A model generated the notes under the pieces. That model did no database searches, was not told the DNA's origin, and worked only from the letters and a program-made list of their open reading frames with translations. The translations under genes and the position numbers were made by a program. Below, in pieces: positions 27,785-37,828 of a DNA stretch of 64,000 bases. The DNA comes from an uncultured archaeon (GTDB lineage: Archaea; Aenigmatarchaeota; Aenigmatarchaeia; PWEA01; JAGHBM01). Positions within the stretch are counted from its first letter, which is position 1. Each line of letters starts with the position of its first letter. The stretch spans positions 319,830 through 383,829 of the forward strand of contig CAZOZN010000001.1 of assembly GCA_964584335.1 (NCBI GenBank), in the 5' to 3' direction.

Positions 27785-28735
27785 TCACCGTCTTAGAGTT
27801 CCTTCATCCCTAAAGTATTTAATTGTTTCTTCTATGCCTTCTTTAAAATTATACTTTGGTTTGTAACTCAATTCTCTCTTGGCCTTTGTTATCTTGTACC
27901 ATTTATTCTTTATAAGCCTATCTATATGGCTCCTGCTGACTATAGACTTGTTTCCGGTTGTTTTATATAAAAAAGCTATAAACTTGGCAAACCAGACAGG
28001 GATGTGTATCGGTTCTTTGTTTATTTCCAACTCTTCGCGTATTATCTTGTACATATCCTCATATGTCAAAGCTTCGTCATCAGCAACCAAATATATGCGA
28101 CCATTTTTACCTTTTGTCCTGGCTTTTATAAGCAAAGGTATTAAGTTTCTTATATAAAGCATGTGCCACTTGTTTTCCCCAGTGCCTATTACAGGAAAAT
28201 TCTTAAGGGCCTCGTTTAATATTATGTTCCAGTATGTGTTGGGGCCATAGAGAAGAGCAGGTCTTAAAATAATAACAGGAATTTTGTGCCTCTTATAATA
28301 CTCTATAACTGTTTTTTCTGCAAGAGTCTTGCTTTTCTCATAGTTTGTTATAGGGCCATAAAGACTTTTTTCATCCTGAATATTATTACTGTCTCTAATT
28401 ACTCCGGCGGTACTAAGGTATACAAGCCTCTTAACTTTTTCCTTTCTGCAGGCTTCCAGTATGCTTACTGTGCCCCCAACGTTAACGTCAAATATTTGTT
28501 CTTTGGGCTTTTTTTCATCTATTATTGCAGCAAGATGGTAGACATAATCTTGACCTTTAACAGCATTGGCAACAGCTTTTGTGTTTGTTATATTTCCATT
28601 TATATATTTTACATTTGGGTTATTTCCAATACTCCTATCAAAAACAGTTACTTTAATTCTCTTTCTTTTTGATAACTCTTTGACAAGGTTTCTTCCTACA
28701 AAACCATTACCACCAGTAACAAGAACATTCACCAT
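27785..28735 (-). CDS. NAD-dependent epimerase/dehydratase (extended SDR)
   Basis: TGGNGFVG, HLAA, YEKSK, LRPALLYGP. Confidence 0.9.
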   Translation of the reverse strand: MVNVLVTGGNGFVGRNLVKELSKRKRIKVTVFDRSIGNNPNVKYINGNITNTKAVANAVKGQDYVYHLAAIIDEKKPKEQIFDVNVGGTVSILEACRKEKVKRLVYLSTAGVIRDSNNIQDEKSLYGPITNYEKSKTLAEKTVIEYYKRHKIPVIILRPALLYGPNTYWNIILNEALKNFPVIGTGENKWHMLYIRNLIPLLIKARTKGKNGRIYLVADDEALTYEDMYKIIREELEINKEPIHIPVWFAKFIAFLYKTTGNKSIVSRSHIDRLIKNKWYKITKAKRELSYKPKYNFKEGIEETIKYFRDEGTLRR

Positions 28736-28744
28736 TAAAACACC

Positions 28745-29614
28745 TCAAAGCACTAACATAAGCAAATTTCCAAATAATATTGTGACTACTATAGTTATAA
28801 AGAATACAGGTGCAAATCTAACGCCTTCTCTTACCCATATTTTGTCTTTTATTTTCCTTATTTTATCTACTTCTTCCTTGGTAAGGCCCCTTATTATTCT
28901 TTTATTCAAATCAAGTTCCTTGACATCCTCGCCTATCATATCGCCCTCCCTGAGCTTCTCTGTTTTTATTTTTTTATAAAAGCCGACTTTTTCAACAGTC
29001 TTGAGAAATTTCCAAAGAAAGTAAAGTCCCATGCAACCAAAGAATGCACCTATACTAGGCCACAAAAAAACAATACCAAAATTACTCCAAAATATAAAAA
29101 CATTAAGGCCGAGTATAATCAATATAGCAGAAACAAAAACCAAAAACTCAATTTTACCTGCTTTTAAAGACTTTAAAAAATATTTTTTTATCTTTTTATT
29201 CCTGACAGAAATCAAAAGGGCATATACTATTATATAGGCAGCGCCGACGAGAAAAACATTAAAGAAAATATTAAGAAAAAAGGGGAATATTGAATAAGAA
29301 ACAATGCCCTCGGGTAAGGTACCTATAAGAATTCCTACCGCACCAAGAACCTTGGCATCGCCGCCACCCCACTGACCTGTAAAATACATAATTATACCGA
29401 AGAGGAAAAATCCCGCACCTATTAATGCCGGAAAAAATAAAAATCTCCAGTCACCGGTAAAAAGAGAAAAACCAAATCTTATCAGAAGCCCTATAATTAC
29501 CATTGCCAGAGGTATTTCATCCGGTATTTCAGTGGTTTTAAGGTCTATATAACCTGAAATTGCTGTGCCTACAAGGCTTATAAAAACCAATAAATAAGAA
29601 ATAAAAAACTGCAT
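28745..29614 (-). CDS. Prepilin/preflagellin peptidase, A24 family
   Basis: DLKTTEIPD, WGGGDAK, multiple TM segments, FAP. Confidence 0.88.
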   Translation of the reverse strand: MQFFISYLLVFISLVGTAISGYIDLKTTEIPDEIPLAMVIIGLLIRFGFSLFTGDWRFLFFPALIGAGFFLFGIIMYFTGQWGGGDAKVLGAVGILIGTLPEGIVSYSIFPFFLNIFFNVFLVGAAYIIVYALLISVRNKKIKKYFLKSLKAGKIEFLVFVSAILIILGLNVFIFWSNFGIVFLWPSIGAFFGCMGLYFLWKFLKTVEKVGFYKKIKTEKLREGDMIGEDVKELDLNKRIIRGLTKEEVDKIRKIKDKIWVREGVRFAPVFFITIVVTILFGNLLMLVL

Positions 29615-29693
29615 AAAAGTAATATTTGAATAAAGTATTTAAATAAATACTGAATTATTTTATTTAAGGATATACTCAACTATTAGTGTTTAT

Positions 29694-30428
29694 ATGAAGG
29701 AAACAGACTTATTTGAGGATGAGAACGTGCCCCAGAGCATTGGAATAATAATGGATGGTAACAGGAGATTTGCCAAGGAAATAATGAAAAGGCCCTGGGA
29801 AGGACATAAATTTGGAGTAAAAAAAGCGAGAGAAGTGCTGCTCTGGTCCGATGAATTTAACATAAAATATCTTACTTGTTACGCGCTTTCAATAGAAAAC
29901 ATAAATTCAAGACCTAAGAAAGAACTTGAAAAGATTTTTGATTACTTTGAAAAGGAAATGGATGTAATATTGTCAGGCAATCACATAGTTCATGATACAG
30001 AGACAAAAGTAAATTTTATAGGAAGGCTTAATCTTATACCGGAAAAATTACTTAAAAAAATAGAAAGAGTCGAAGAAAAGACAGAAAATTACAATAAACA
30101 TTTCATGAACATCGCAATCGCATACGGCGGGCAACAGGAAATTGTAGACGCTGTAAAAAAGATATCAAGCAAAATTTCAAATGGAGAAATAAACAAAAGT
30201 GAAATAGATGAATCTTTAATAAAGAAAAATTTATACACTAATGATTTTAGATACCCGGATTTGATAATAAGAACCGGTGGGGAAAGAAGACTTTCAAATT
30301 TCTTACTTTGGCAGTCTGCTTATGCTGAATTATCCTTCACTGACAGAAAATGGCCCGAACTATCAAGAGAAGATTTTGTTGAAATAATAAAAGACTATCA
30401 GATAAGGGAAAGAAGATTTGGAAAATAA
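29694..30428 (+). CDS. uppS: cis-Prenyltransferase (undecaprenyl/polyprenyl diphosphate synthase)
   Basis: IMDGNRRFA, S.EN..RP, YGG, IRTGGERRLSNFLLWQSAY, RRFGK. Confidence 0.95.
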   Translation: MKETDLFEDENVPQSIGIIMDGNRRFAKEIMKRPWEGHKFGVKKAREVLLWSDEFNIKYLTCYALSIENINSRPKKELEKIFDYFEKEMDVILSGNHIVHDTETKVNFIGRLNLIPEKLLKKIERVEEKTENYNKHFMNIAIAYGGQQEIVDAVKKISSKISNGEINKSEIDESLIKKNLYTNDFRYPDLIIRTGGERRLSNFLLWQSAYAELSFTDRKWPELSREDFVEIIKDYQIRERRFGK

Positions 30429-30441
30429 AAATAATTTTTAA

Positions 30442-30993
30442 TTAGTCTCTTCTTTTATGGAGAACAAAAAGCCTGTGTCTGGGATCATCGCCTCTCAACT
30501 CAAGCATTATTCTTTTTATTATCATTTTCTGGGGATCAGGAAGAAGTGAAACTCTTTTATCCAAGTCATTGTAACTTTCGAAAGGCTTTACTTTCCTTTC
30601 ATCCAAAAGCTCCCACATGTGTTTTTTTCCTACGCCTGGCAATAACTCAAGAGAGTGCATTCTGGTACTTATAGAGCCGGCTTTATTAAAGAACTCTACA
30701 AACCTATCTTCTTCTTCTCTAACTAAATCCTCTATAATGCCCTCTAACTCAGAACGAGAAAAAGCAGTTAATTCTTTTATTGAAATGGACTTTTTTATGT
30801 ATTTTATTTTTTCTCTTGTACCTTCTCCAACATAAACCCTGTCTCCGAGACTAAGCTTTACATCTTCCCTGGGGACGACTTCTAAAAGAGAAAAATACTT
30901 CTCTCCTATTACCTGTGCAATTGGTTCCGAACCTCCACGGCCCGGTATGCCATTTGGCAAAAAATCCAAAACTATTACCCAATCGTCCTTCAT
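30442..30993 (-). CDS. DUF655 family putative nucleic-acid-binding protein
   Basis: VLDFL, FSLLEV, FFN.A..I.TRMHSLELLPGVGKK; downstream of rpoF. Confidence 0.88.
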   Translation of the reverse strand: MKDDWVIVLDFLPNGIPGRGGSEPIAQVIGEKYFSLLEVVPREDVKLSLGDRVYVGEGTREKIKYIKKSISIKELTAFSRSELEGIIEDLVREEEDRFVEFFNKAGSISTRMHSLELLPGVGKKHMWELLDERKVKPFESYNDLDKRVSLLPDPQKMIIKRIMLELRGDDPRHRLFVLHKRRD

Positions 30994-31010
30994 TAATTTC
31001 ACCGTCCCAT

Positions 31011-31337
31011 TTATTTATCATACTTTTTCACTGTTTCTAATATTTTTTTCATTTTCTCGTCGCTAAGGTTTGTCATTTCTTTTGAAAATATAAGTTCAAC
31101 GTCTTCCTTGGTCTTAGGTATATTGTTTACTATGAGAGTAGCCTGTCTTTCATCTATTCTTCCAATATCTCGGAGCTCTTTCATGAGCTTCCTTGAGTCC
31201 TCTAAAGAAGTTTTGCAGTATTTTTTTAAGAAATCTAAGCAAATTTTCTGCTCGTAACTAAGTTTATCTACGTTTTTCTTCTCAAGACTGGATCTTGCTT
31301 CTGCTGAAGTAACAAAACATTCTGAAAGCTTCTTCAT
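31011..31337 (-). CDS. rpoF: RNA polymerase subunit Rpo4 (F)
   Basis: LSYEQ, P.T..D...I; position between rpl21e and DUF655. Confidence 0.85.
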   Translation of the reverse strand: MKKLSECFVTSAEARSSLEKKNVDKLSYEQKICLDFLKKYCKTSLEDSRKLMKELRDIGRIDERQATLIVNNIPKTKEDVELIFSKEMTNLSDEKMKKILETVKKYDK

Positions 31338-31365
31338 ATTAACTACCCTAAGAAATATAATGGAA

Positions 31366-31653
31366 CTACTTATTTATATGTCTTAAGTGCTCCGATTTAG
31401 TTATTATAGTCTTTCTTATACTGCCATCCTTAAGTTCTACCAAATAGGATTTTCCTCTTATTCCTTTTACAACACCGCATCTTCCTTTAAACCTTGGATG
31501 AGGTAGAGCCCTATGAGAAGAGGGATTTATCTTTATCAAAACCTTGTCACCTTCTGAGAACTTCTCAAGAAACTCGTTTACAGTATTCTTTTCCTTAAAA
31601 GGCCTCTTCATCTTATTTCTCGTGCTTCTCCTAAATCCTTTTCCTCTTTTCAT
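31366..31653 (-). CDS. rpl21e: 50S ribosomal protein L21e
   Basis: KGFRRSTR, GDKV, PHPRFKG, EHL. Confidence 0.93.
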   Translation of the reverse strand: MKRGKGFRRSTRNKMKRPFKEKNTVNEFLEKFSEGDKVLIKINPSSHRALPHPRFKGRCGVVKGIRGKSYLVELKDGSIRKTIITKSEHLRHINK

Positions 31654-31743
31654 AACAATCACTCTGATTATTGGTCTTATAATATTTAAATACTTTCCGA
31701 TTGTATTAAGATTAAAATAAAAAGAGATTTATTTGATTTGAAT

Positions 31744-32571
31744 TTAATCTTCTTTTATAATATGGACATCTGTCTGGGGATAAGGAATATTTATTCCCGC
31801 CTCATCAAAAGCCTCCTTAATTTTCTTTAAAAGTTCGCGTTTAACGGGCCAGTAATCAGTAGTTTTTACCCAAGGCCTGACAATAATATTTACACTGGAA
31901 TCCCCTAATTCGTTGGTAGCTACAAGCGGTTCAGGCTCCTTTAGAACCTTGTCATTTTTACTTATAACCTCCGAGGCAATTTTTATTGCCTTACCTATGT
32001 CATCTTCATAACCAATACCGACCGAGAAATCTATCATACGGGTATCCATGGCAGTATAATTGACTATAGCATCTCCCCAAACTTTAGAATTGGGAATTAT
32101 TACCTTCTTGTTATCTACTGTTAACATTACAGTGTTGCTTATACCAACATTTTGTATTTTTCCTGAATTGCCTGCTGTATCTACATAATCTCCCGCCTCG
32201 AAGGGCTTTGTCAAAGCTATCATGAATCCTGCTGCTAAGTTACCCAGCATATCCTGGAATGCAAAACCAAAAACAAAACCAAACACAACAGAAATACTAA
32301 CCAAGCCTGCGCCTACATCAACTCCAAGAATGCTTACGGAAATAAGCAAAACAACAATCAACAACAATATTTTTGAAACTCTACTAACGAATTCTACAAG
32401 CAGTTGTGTCATTTTAGCTTTATTCATCGCGCGCCTTATGTAGCGAACGACTATGACTACAAAAATGTAACCTACAACCAAAACAAGTACCGCAAAAAAC
32501 AAGTTCCCGAAAGTTATATTTAAAACAGGTATTTCTTCTGATAAAAATGAAACAATATCATCCAAATTCAT
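31744..32571 (-). CDS. mscS: Small-conductance mechanosensitive channel
   Basis: GFAFQD.LGNLAAG, KPF..GD, IPNS, I.IPYPQ. Confidence 0.92.
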   Translation of the reverse strand: MNLDDIVSFLSEEIPVLNITFGNLFFAVLVLVVGYIFVVIVVRYIRRAMNKAKMTQLLVEFVSRVSKILLLIVVLLISVSILGVDVGAGLVSISVVFGFVFGFAFQDMLGNLAAGFMIALTKPFEAGDYVDTAGNSGKIQNVGISNTVMLTVDNKKVIIPNSKVWGDAIVNYTAMDTRMIDFSVGIGYEDDIGKAIKIASEVISKNDKVLKEPEPLVATNELGDSSVNIIVRPWVKTTDYWPVKRELLKKIKEAFDEAGINIPYPQTDVHIIKED

Positions 32572-32702
32572 TATCCCCCACCAAGACTCTTTATAGTTAA
32601 TCTTTAATCTATAAAAACCTTTTAAAAAGGAATTTTCCTTAAAAATACTATAAATCAGTTTATTATTTAAATTAGGCAAAACAAATCTAAAAAGTGTAGA
32701 AT

Positions 32703-33614
32703 ATGATAATAAAGACAGTTCTTGTGGTTGATGATAGTCAGGAGGTAAGAGAAACTATAAAACACGCCCTGAACAGGAACGGATTCAACACAATAACAGC
32801 CAAAAGCGGGGAAGAATGCCTCAGCAAGCTAAAAGAAATAAAACCTGACCTAATTTTAATCGATATTAAAATAAAAGACATCCCAATAAATGAAATAATT
32901 TCAAATTTAGACAACATAAAAACAACCATACTTATCCCTAAAGAAACGGGAGAAGAAGAAAAAAAAGAGCTTGAGAAAAACGAAGATGTAATAGGATTTA
33001 TAGAAAAACCATTCGACATAAACAAGCTAATAGAAGAAGTAGAGAAAACAATGGAAAAAAAGGTGGCTCATGACATAATAGACGAGACGAAAATAAACCA
33101 AAAAGTACTTCTCTTTATACCAAATACGAACAAGATATCAAACATAAGCCTTGATATACTAAAACTGCTTACAATGTGGAAAAAACAAAAAATAATTTAC
33201 ATAACACTTCAAAAAAGCAGAGAAAGATTGATGGAAGTTTTTAATAGAGAAAATATAACAACGGAGAATATTTACTTTGTAGACTGTATAACAGGTTTTT
33301 TTAGGACACCGGAAGAAACTCAAAATACGAAATTTGTTTCTGCTCCGTATGAACTAGACAAAATAAGCGAATCAATAAAATATTTTATGGACAAAAACAC
33401 TTTCATAATATTTGATTCATTGTCAACATTACTTGACTACGGATACTACGTTCCTGCTGGAATGGATAAAATATCAAAATTTATAAACAAGTTTTCTGAA
33501 AAGTTAAAAAAGACAGAAAGCAAGATACTTTTCCTTTCGAAGGAAGAAGACAAAAAAATGCTTTTGATAGAAGAATCAATACCAATATATGATAAAATAC
33601 TTTATTGGAGGTAA
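32703..33614 (+). CDS. Response regulator: receiver plus inactive KaiC/RecA-like domain
   Basis: VVDD, PDLILID, KPF; C-terminal YIT, FVDC, IFDSLSTLL without Walker A. Confidence 0.75.
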   Translation: MIIKTVLVVDDSQEVRETIKHALNRNGFNTITAKSGEECLSKLKEIKPDLILIDIKIKDIPINEIISNLDNIKTTILIPKETGEEEKKELEKNEDVIGFIEKPFDINKLIEEVEKTMEKKVAHDIIDETKINQKVLLFIPNTNKISNISLDILKLLTMWKKQKIIYITLQKSRERLMEVFNRENITTENIYFVDCITGFFRTPEETQNTKFVSAPYELDKISESIKYFMDKNTFIIFDSLSTLLDYGYYVPAGMDKISKFINKFSEKLKKTESKILFLSKEEDKKMLLIEESIPIYDKILYWR

Positions 33615-33618
33615 AAAA

Positions 33619-33975
33619 ATGGACAAGACTATAATGATTGTGGATGACGAGCCTGATATAAGAAAGACTACAAGCACTGTTCTAGAAAAAAATGGATATA
33701 AAGTCGTTACAGCCAAAAACGGAGACGAGTGCCTTAAAAAACTAGAGAAAATAAGGCCTGACCTAATTTTAATGGATATAATGATGCCGGGAACTCCGGT
33801 AAAGGAAGTAGTTTCAAAAATAGAAGACATAAAAATAGCTTTTCTGAGTGTTGTAAGAACATCCGAAGCCGAAAAAGAGAATCTCAAAAAAACAAAAAAC
33901 ATAGTTGATTTTATTCAGAAACCTTTTGATATAAACGAGCTTGTAAAGAAAGTAGAAGAATTAACCAATGAATAA
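33619..33975 (+). CDS. Stand-alone response regulator receiver
   Basis: IVDDE, PDLILMDIMMP, FLS, KPF; GGAGGT SD motif. Confidence 0.92.
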   Translation: MDKTIMIVDDEPDIRKTTSTVLEKNGYKVVTAKNGDECLKKLEKIRPDLILMDIMMPGTPVKEVVSKIEDIKIAFLSVVRTSEAEKENLKKTKNIVDFIQKPFDINELVKKVEELTNE

Positions 33976-35146
33976 AGTAAAGAAGAGGAAAATCATGGTT
34001 AACGAAAAAAGAATATTAAAAGAGAAAAGATTTTTCTTATCCCAGTTCTCTTCAAGAATAGTAACCGCTTTCTTGGTCATAATAGTTTTGCTGACATTCT
34101 TTATGGGCTATATGTCTTACTTATACCTGAAGAACTTTCTTACAGAAACCATGTTAAACGGTTTCATAGCTCTTCAATTCGTGCTCCTTTTGTTTGTACT
34201 ATTCAGCGTTACAATTTACGGCTTTTTCACTGTAAGAATAATGTCCAAGCCAATAAAACAGCTTTACTGGGCAAGCAAGAGGCTAAGAAAAGGGGACTTT
34301 AAAGCAAGAACTAAAATAAAAACAAATGACGAACTCGAAGAAGTCGGAGAGACATTGAACAAAGCAATAAAGGCTTTGGGTAAAATGAATGAAGAACACA
34401 AGAAACTCGAAAAGGCAAAAACAGAACTTCTTTCTATAAGCTCTCATGAGTTAAGAAGTCCCATGACTCCCATAAAAGCGCAGCTACAGATGATACTTGG
34501 CGGTTACTTTGGAAAATTGAACAAGAAACAAAAAGAATCTCTGAACATCGTATTGAGGAATACAAAAAGGCTTGACTGTATAATAAAAGACTTCCTAGAA
34601 GTTTCCAGGATAGACGCTGCAAGATTAAAATTTAATTTCGTCAAAACAGACCTAAAAAAACATATAAAAAACGCAGTGAAGGAGGCAAAATGTTTCCAGC
34701 CAAAAAAGAAAATAAAAATAGTTACAAAAATAAGCAAGCTTCCAGAGGTAAAGATTGACCCAAACAGGATATCTCAAATATTGAGAAATCTGATAATAAA
34801 CTCGGTAAAATTTTCACCCGAAAAAACCAAAATAACAATAGGCGCTAAAAAAGAAAAAAACATGATTAAGATATGGGTAAAGGACCAGGGTATAGGAATA
34901 TCAAAAAAAGACCAAAAAAGAATATTCGAGCCATTCTTCCAGGCAGAAAATACAATATACAGAAAATACAGCGGTGTCGGACTTGGGCTGTCGATATGCA
35001 AGGGTATAGTAGAATCACAGGGTGGAAAAATATGGGTGGAAAGTGAGCTGGGAAAGGGAAGTACTTTCTATTTTACAGTACCAATAAATCCCCCAAAGAA
35101 AACAAAACCGGTAAATTTTTCTGTGTCAAAAAAATCGGCTTTTTAA
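33968..35146 (+). CDS. Sensor histidine kinase (2 TM, HAMP, HisKA, HATPase)
   Basis: SHELRSPMT, NLIINSVKF, DQGIGI, IFEPF, GVGLGL, GSTFYF. Confidence 0.94.
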   Translation: MNKVKKRKIMVNEKRILKEKRFFLSQFSSRIVTAFLVIIVLLTFFMGYMSYLYLKNFLTETMLNGFIALQFVLLLFVLFSVTIYGFFTVRIMSKPIKQLYWASKRLRKGDFKARTKIKTNDELEEVGETLNKAIKALGKMNEEHKKLEKAKTELLSISSHELRSPMTPIKAQLQMILGGYFGKLNKKQKESLNIVLRNTKRLDCIIKDFLEVSRIDAARLKFNFVKTDLKKHIKNAVKEAKCFQPKKKIKIVTKISKLPEVKIDPNRISQILRNLIINSVKFSPEKTKITIGAKKEKNMIKIWVKDQGIGISKKDQKRIFEPFFQAENTIYRKYSGVGLGLSICKGIVESQGGKIWVESELGKGSTFYFTVPINPPKKTKPVNFSVSKKSAF

Positions 35147-35147
35147 A

Positions 35148-35471
35148 CTACCTTAATTTCTTCTCTTCTTCGCTAAATCCTGAGATTTTAACCAAGTAAT
35201 CAGAAAGAGGGTTTCCCATCTCGACCAAATAAGAGTCTCCGTTTATAAACTTGAGAGAATATAATCCCCCCTCTAAACTTTCAACTTCAACGTTTATTTT
35301 ATCGTAGCATTCTGAAAAAACATACTCTTCCGGGTCTATAGAAATATTCTCGTTTATTTTCCCACCGTTTGATATCTGGAAGGGTTTTGAATCAAATATA
35401 CATTCATGCATAAAATACTTTCTATTCCTCTCCATTTTCTTTATTTTGGTTTTCCACATACTACCCCACAA
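35148..35471 (-). CDS. Hypothetical protein
   Basis: About 100-aa ORF filling the gap. Confidence 0.5.
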   Translation of the reverse strand: MWGSMWKTKIKKMERNRKYFMHECIFDSKPFQISNGGKINENISIDPEEYVFSECYDKINVEVESLEGGLYSLKFINGDSYLVEMGNPLSDYLVKISGFSEEEKKLR

Positions 35472-35506
35472 AATAAATAAAAATAGTAAAAGTATTTAAG
35501 ATTTAT

Positions 35507-36745
35507 TTAAAGCTCATGATGCACTTTAATAACATCAAGCTTCTTAACTTCCGCCCCTGTACCGATTACCTCAGAAACCGAAGGGTATGTCCTGCCTTTA
35601 TCACCAGAAACAAACTCCTTTATGTATGTGCCTGCCTCTGCTTTTATAGAAATAGAAAATTTCCTTTTTGAAATCATCTTCCATTTCAAGTCTTTTATAA
35701 CTCTCTTTCTCAGTTTGTCCGCCCTCCTATGCAAAACTCTTTCCGGGGTTTCCTGGTATATCTTCTTTCCCCTTAAAATAGAGAGCCTGTCCAGAGATTC
35801 CTTTTTTATATTATTTTTTGTAACAACAACAGCTTTGTATGTCTTATCGGGTCTTATACTCTTAACCTTCTCCACCATTTCCGAGCCTACAATCCTTAAA
35901 TTTTTTACACTTACCCTCTTGGATTCGTTTATCAGGGAAAGTAATTTTCTTGTTTTTATCTTTCTTCTTGCAGGCTCAGTTATCTCCAAGACAAAAGGCC
36001 TCCAACCAAAACACTTCGCATCTATATCCTCCCTTCCCGCGCCGTGGAATTTCGAGCCAGTGCCTTTTGTTATTTTTAGTACAGGTTTTGCTATTATCTG
36101 CTCCACGGAATTTTTATATTTGCCTGAAGGCCACCTGGTTTGAGGAAGGTTGCGTACAAGCTTGTTGTATTCACCATAAATATAAATAGAATTGAGCTGT
36201 AATTCAACATCTTTTTTATCAATATCAATTAAAACAGTGACTTCGGGTTTTTTGAATTCTACATGTTTTCTTAGCTCTTTTTCTAGCTTTTTTCCTACTA
36301 ACCTGTTTATCTCGGATTTTATCGGCTCGCACCATTCTATACCAACATCTTCCCAAAGACTTTCCTCCCTTCTCAGCATATCACCGCTTATTTTGGTGCC
36401 TACAAGAAAGTTGCTAAATTCTATTTTGCTGAGCTTTTCTTTTGCTTTATTGGCAAAAAAATCCAGCTCATTAAAAATACCGCAACAAACAGAACATTCC
36501 TTCTCTTTTTTCTCTATATCTGAAAATCTAAAATTATAGTCATAAAAATTAGACATATCAACTTCAATATTCTTTCCTGATTCCAATAGCATTGCAAATA
36601 AGTCCCTTATAGACTTGCCTCTTTCTTTATTTTCAAGTCCATTCAAAAGCTGTGCAAATTGCCTTCCAAGACAATTATCACATACGAAGCCTTTATTCAT
36701 AATACTGATGGCTTTCTCAAAAAATTCCGATTTTTCAATTAACAT
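35507..36745 (-). CDS. pus10: tRNA pseudouridine 54/55 synthase Pus10
   Basis: CDNCLGR, THUMP domain, PQTRW, HGAGREDIDA, QETP.RVLHRR, GTYIKE, LDV. Confidence 0.95.
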   Translation of the reverse strand: MLIEKSEFFEKAISIMNKGFVCDNCLGRQFAQLLNGLENKERGKSIRDLFAMLLESGKNIEVDMSNFYDYNFRFSDIEKKEKECSVCCGIFNELDFFANKAKEKLSKIEFSNFLVGTKISGDMLRREESLWEDVGIEWCEPIKSEINRLVGKKLEKELRKHVEFKKPEVTVLIDIDKKDVELQLNSIYIYGEYNKLVRNLPQTRWPSGKYKNSVEQIIAKPVLKITKGTGSKFHGAGREDIDAKCFGWRPFVLEITEPARRKIKTRKLLSLINESKRVSVKNLRIVGSEMVEKVKSIRPDKTYKAVVVTKNNIKKESLDRLSILRGKKIYQETPERVLHRRADKLRKRVIKDLKWKMISKRKFSISIKAEAGTYIKEFVSGDKGRTYPSVSEVIGTGAEVKKLDVIKVHHEL

Positions 36746-36764
36746 AATCAAAATAACCGTTATA

Positions 36765-36968
36765 TCATTTATAAAATTTTATTATATATTCTCTCCATCC
36801 ATTTTTTGCAAACCAGTTCTTCTGTAACTTGTCACATTCTGCGCTATTGTCGCAGCAATCACTTCCATAATCATCGCAAAGATAACTAAACAGTTGTTTT
36901 CCTTTTCTATAAAATGGGCAACATCCAATATTGTGTTTGACCTTAAAATCATCGATCAATCTAATCAC
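36765..36968 (-). CDS. Small Cys-rich hypothetical protein
   Basis: 67 aa with six Cys. Confidence 0.4.
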   Translation of the reverse strand: MIRLIDDFKVKHNIGCCPFYRKGKQLFSYLCDDYGSDCCDNSAECDKLQKNWFAKNGWREYIIKFYK

Positions 36969-37028
36969 TTCAAGATACCAATTATCTTACATAGTAAAAC
37001 TAATAAATTAACAAAACTATATAATACT

Positions 37029-37184
37029 ATGCAAAAAATAGACAAGTCAAAATTGGAGCTCAGAGACAAACTTATACAAAAAGTAAGAAGCGGTGAAATA
37101 AAATGCCCTATTTCTAATGAGCCTAATTGTCTCGAGTGTAAGTATTTAAGGACTTGTGCTTCAAAACTTAAAGAAAAGAGTTGA
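37029..37184 (+). CDS. Small four-Cys metal-binding protein
   Basis: MQKID start; CPISNEPNCLECKYLRTC. Confidence 0.55.
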   Translation: MQKIDKSKLELRDKLIQKVRSGEIKCPISNEPNCLECKYLRTCASKLKEKS

Positions 37185-37188
37185 TTTT

Positions 37189-37785
37189 ATGAAAGAAGAA
37201 GAAATGATTAAAAAGGCAGAGGAATTTATGTTAGATTCCTTCCAGGGACAGAACGTACCCTCAGTAATAGCTGACGGTATGATAAGGCATCTTATACAGA
37301 CAAGAAGATTTGTATTACTTCTGACAGAAGGGACTCAAAGAAACACAGTACCGCTAGAAATAGCAGCACTTCTTCATGGAGTAGAAAGAGGATATAGAGG
37401 CAGCGGAAAATACAAAAGACTTTTAAAAGGCAAAAAACATGAAGAAAAAAGCGCCATAATAACAGAAAAGTTTATGAAAAAAAAGAAATATCCCAAAACA
37501 ATAATAAAAAAAACAGTAAGTCTAATAGAAAAACACGAAGAAGCTCCTACACAAGAATCGAAATTACTTAGAGATGCGGACAACTTATCATTCCTAAAAA
37601 ACACACTTCCTATATGGTTCGAAGCAAGGTTATGGGCGGGAGAAAAAAGAGAAAAAATAATAGAAGAATCAAAAAAAATAATTGAAAAAAAATTCAATGA
37701 GATAGATTCAGAAAACGCAAAAAAAATAGCCAAGAAGTTTAAAAAGAAGTGGGATGACTGGTTATTGCAAAAAGAAGAAGCTTAA
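37189..37785 (+). CDS. HD-domain-like protein (DUF4202-like)
   Basis: H...AALLHG(D replaced)...H...SA...HE...DADNLSF. Confidence 0.65.
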   Translation: MKEEEMIKKAEEFMLDSFQGQNVPSVIADGMIRHLIQTRRFVLLLTEGTQRNTVPLEIAALLHGVERGYRGSGKYKRLLKGKKHEEKSAIITEKFMKKKKYPKTIIKKTVSLIEKHEEAPTQESKLLRDADNLSFLKNTLPIWFEARLWAGEKREKIIEESKKIIEKKFNEIDSENAKKIAKKFKKKWDDWLLQKEEA

Positions 37786-37828
37786 AACATTATAAATAAA
37801 AAAATCCATTTTTTATTAAAGTGATTTA

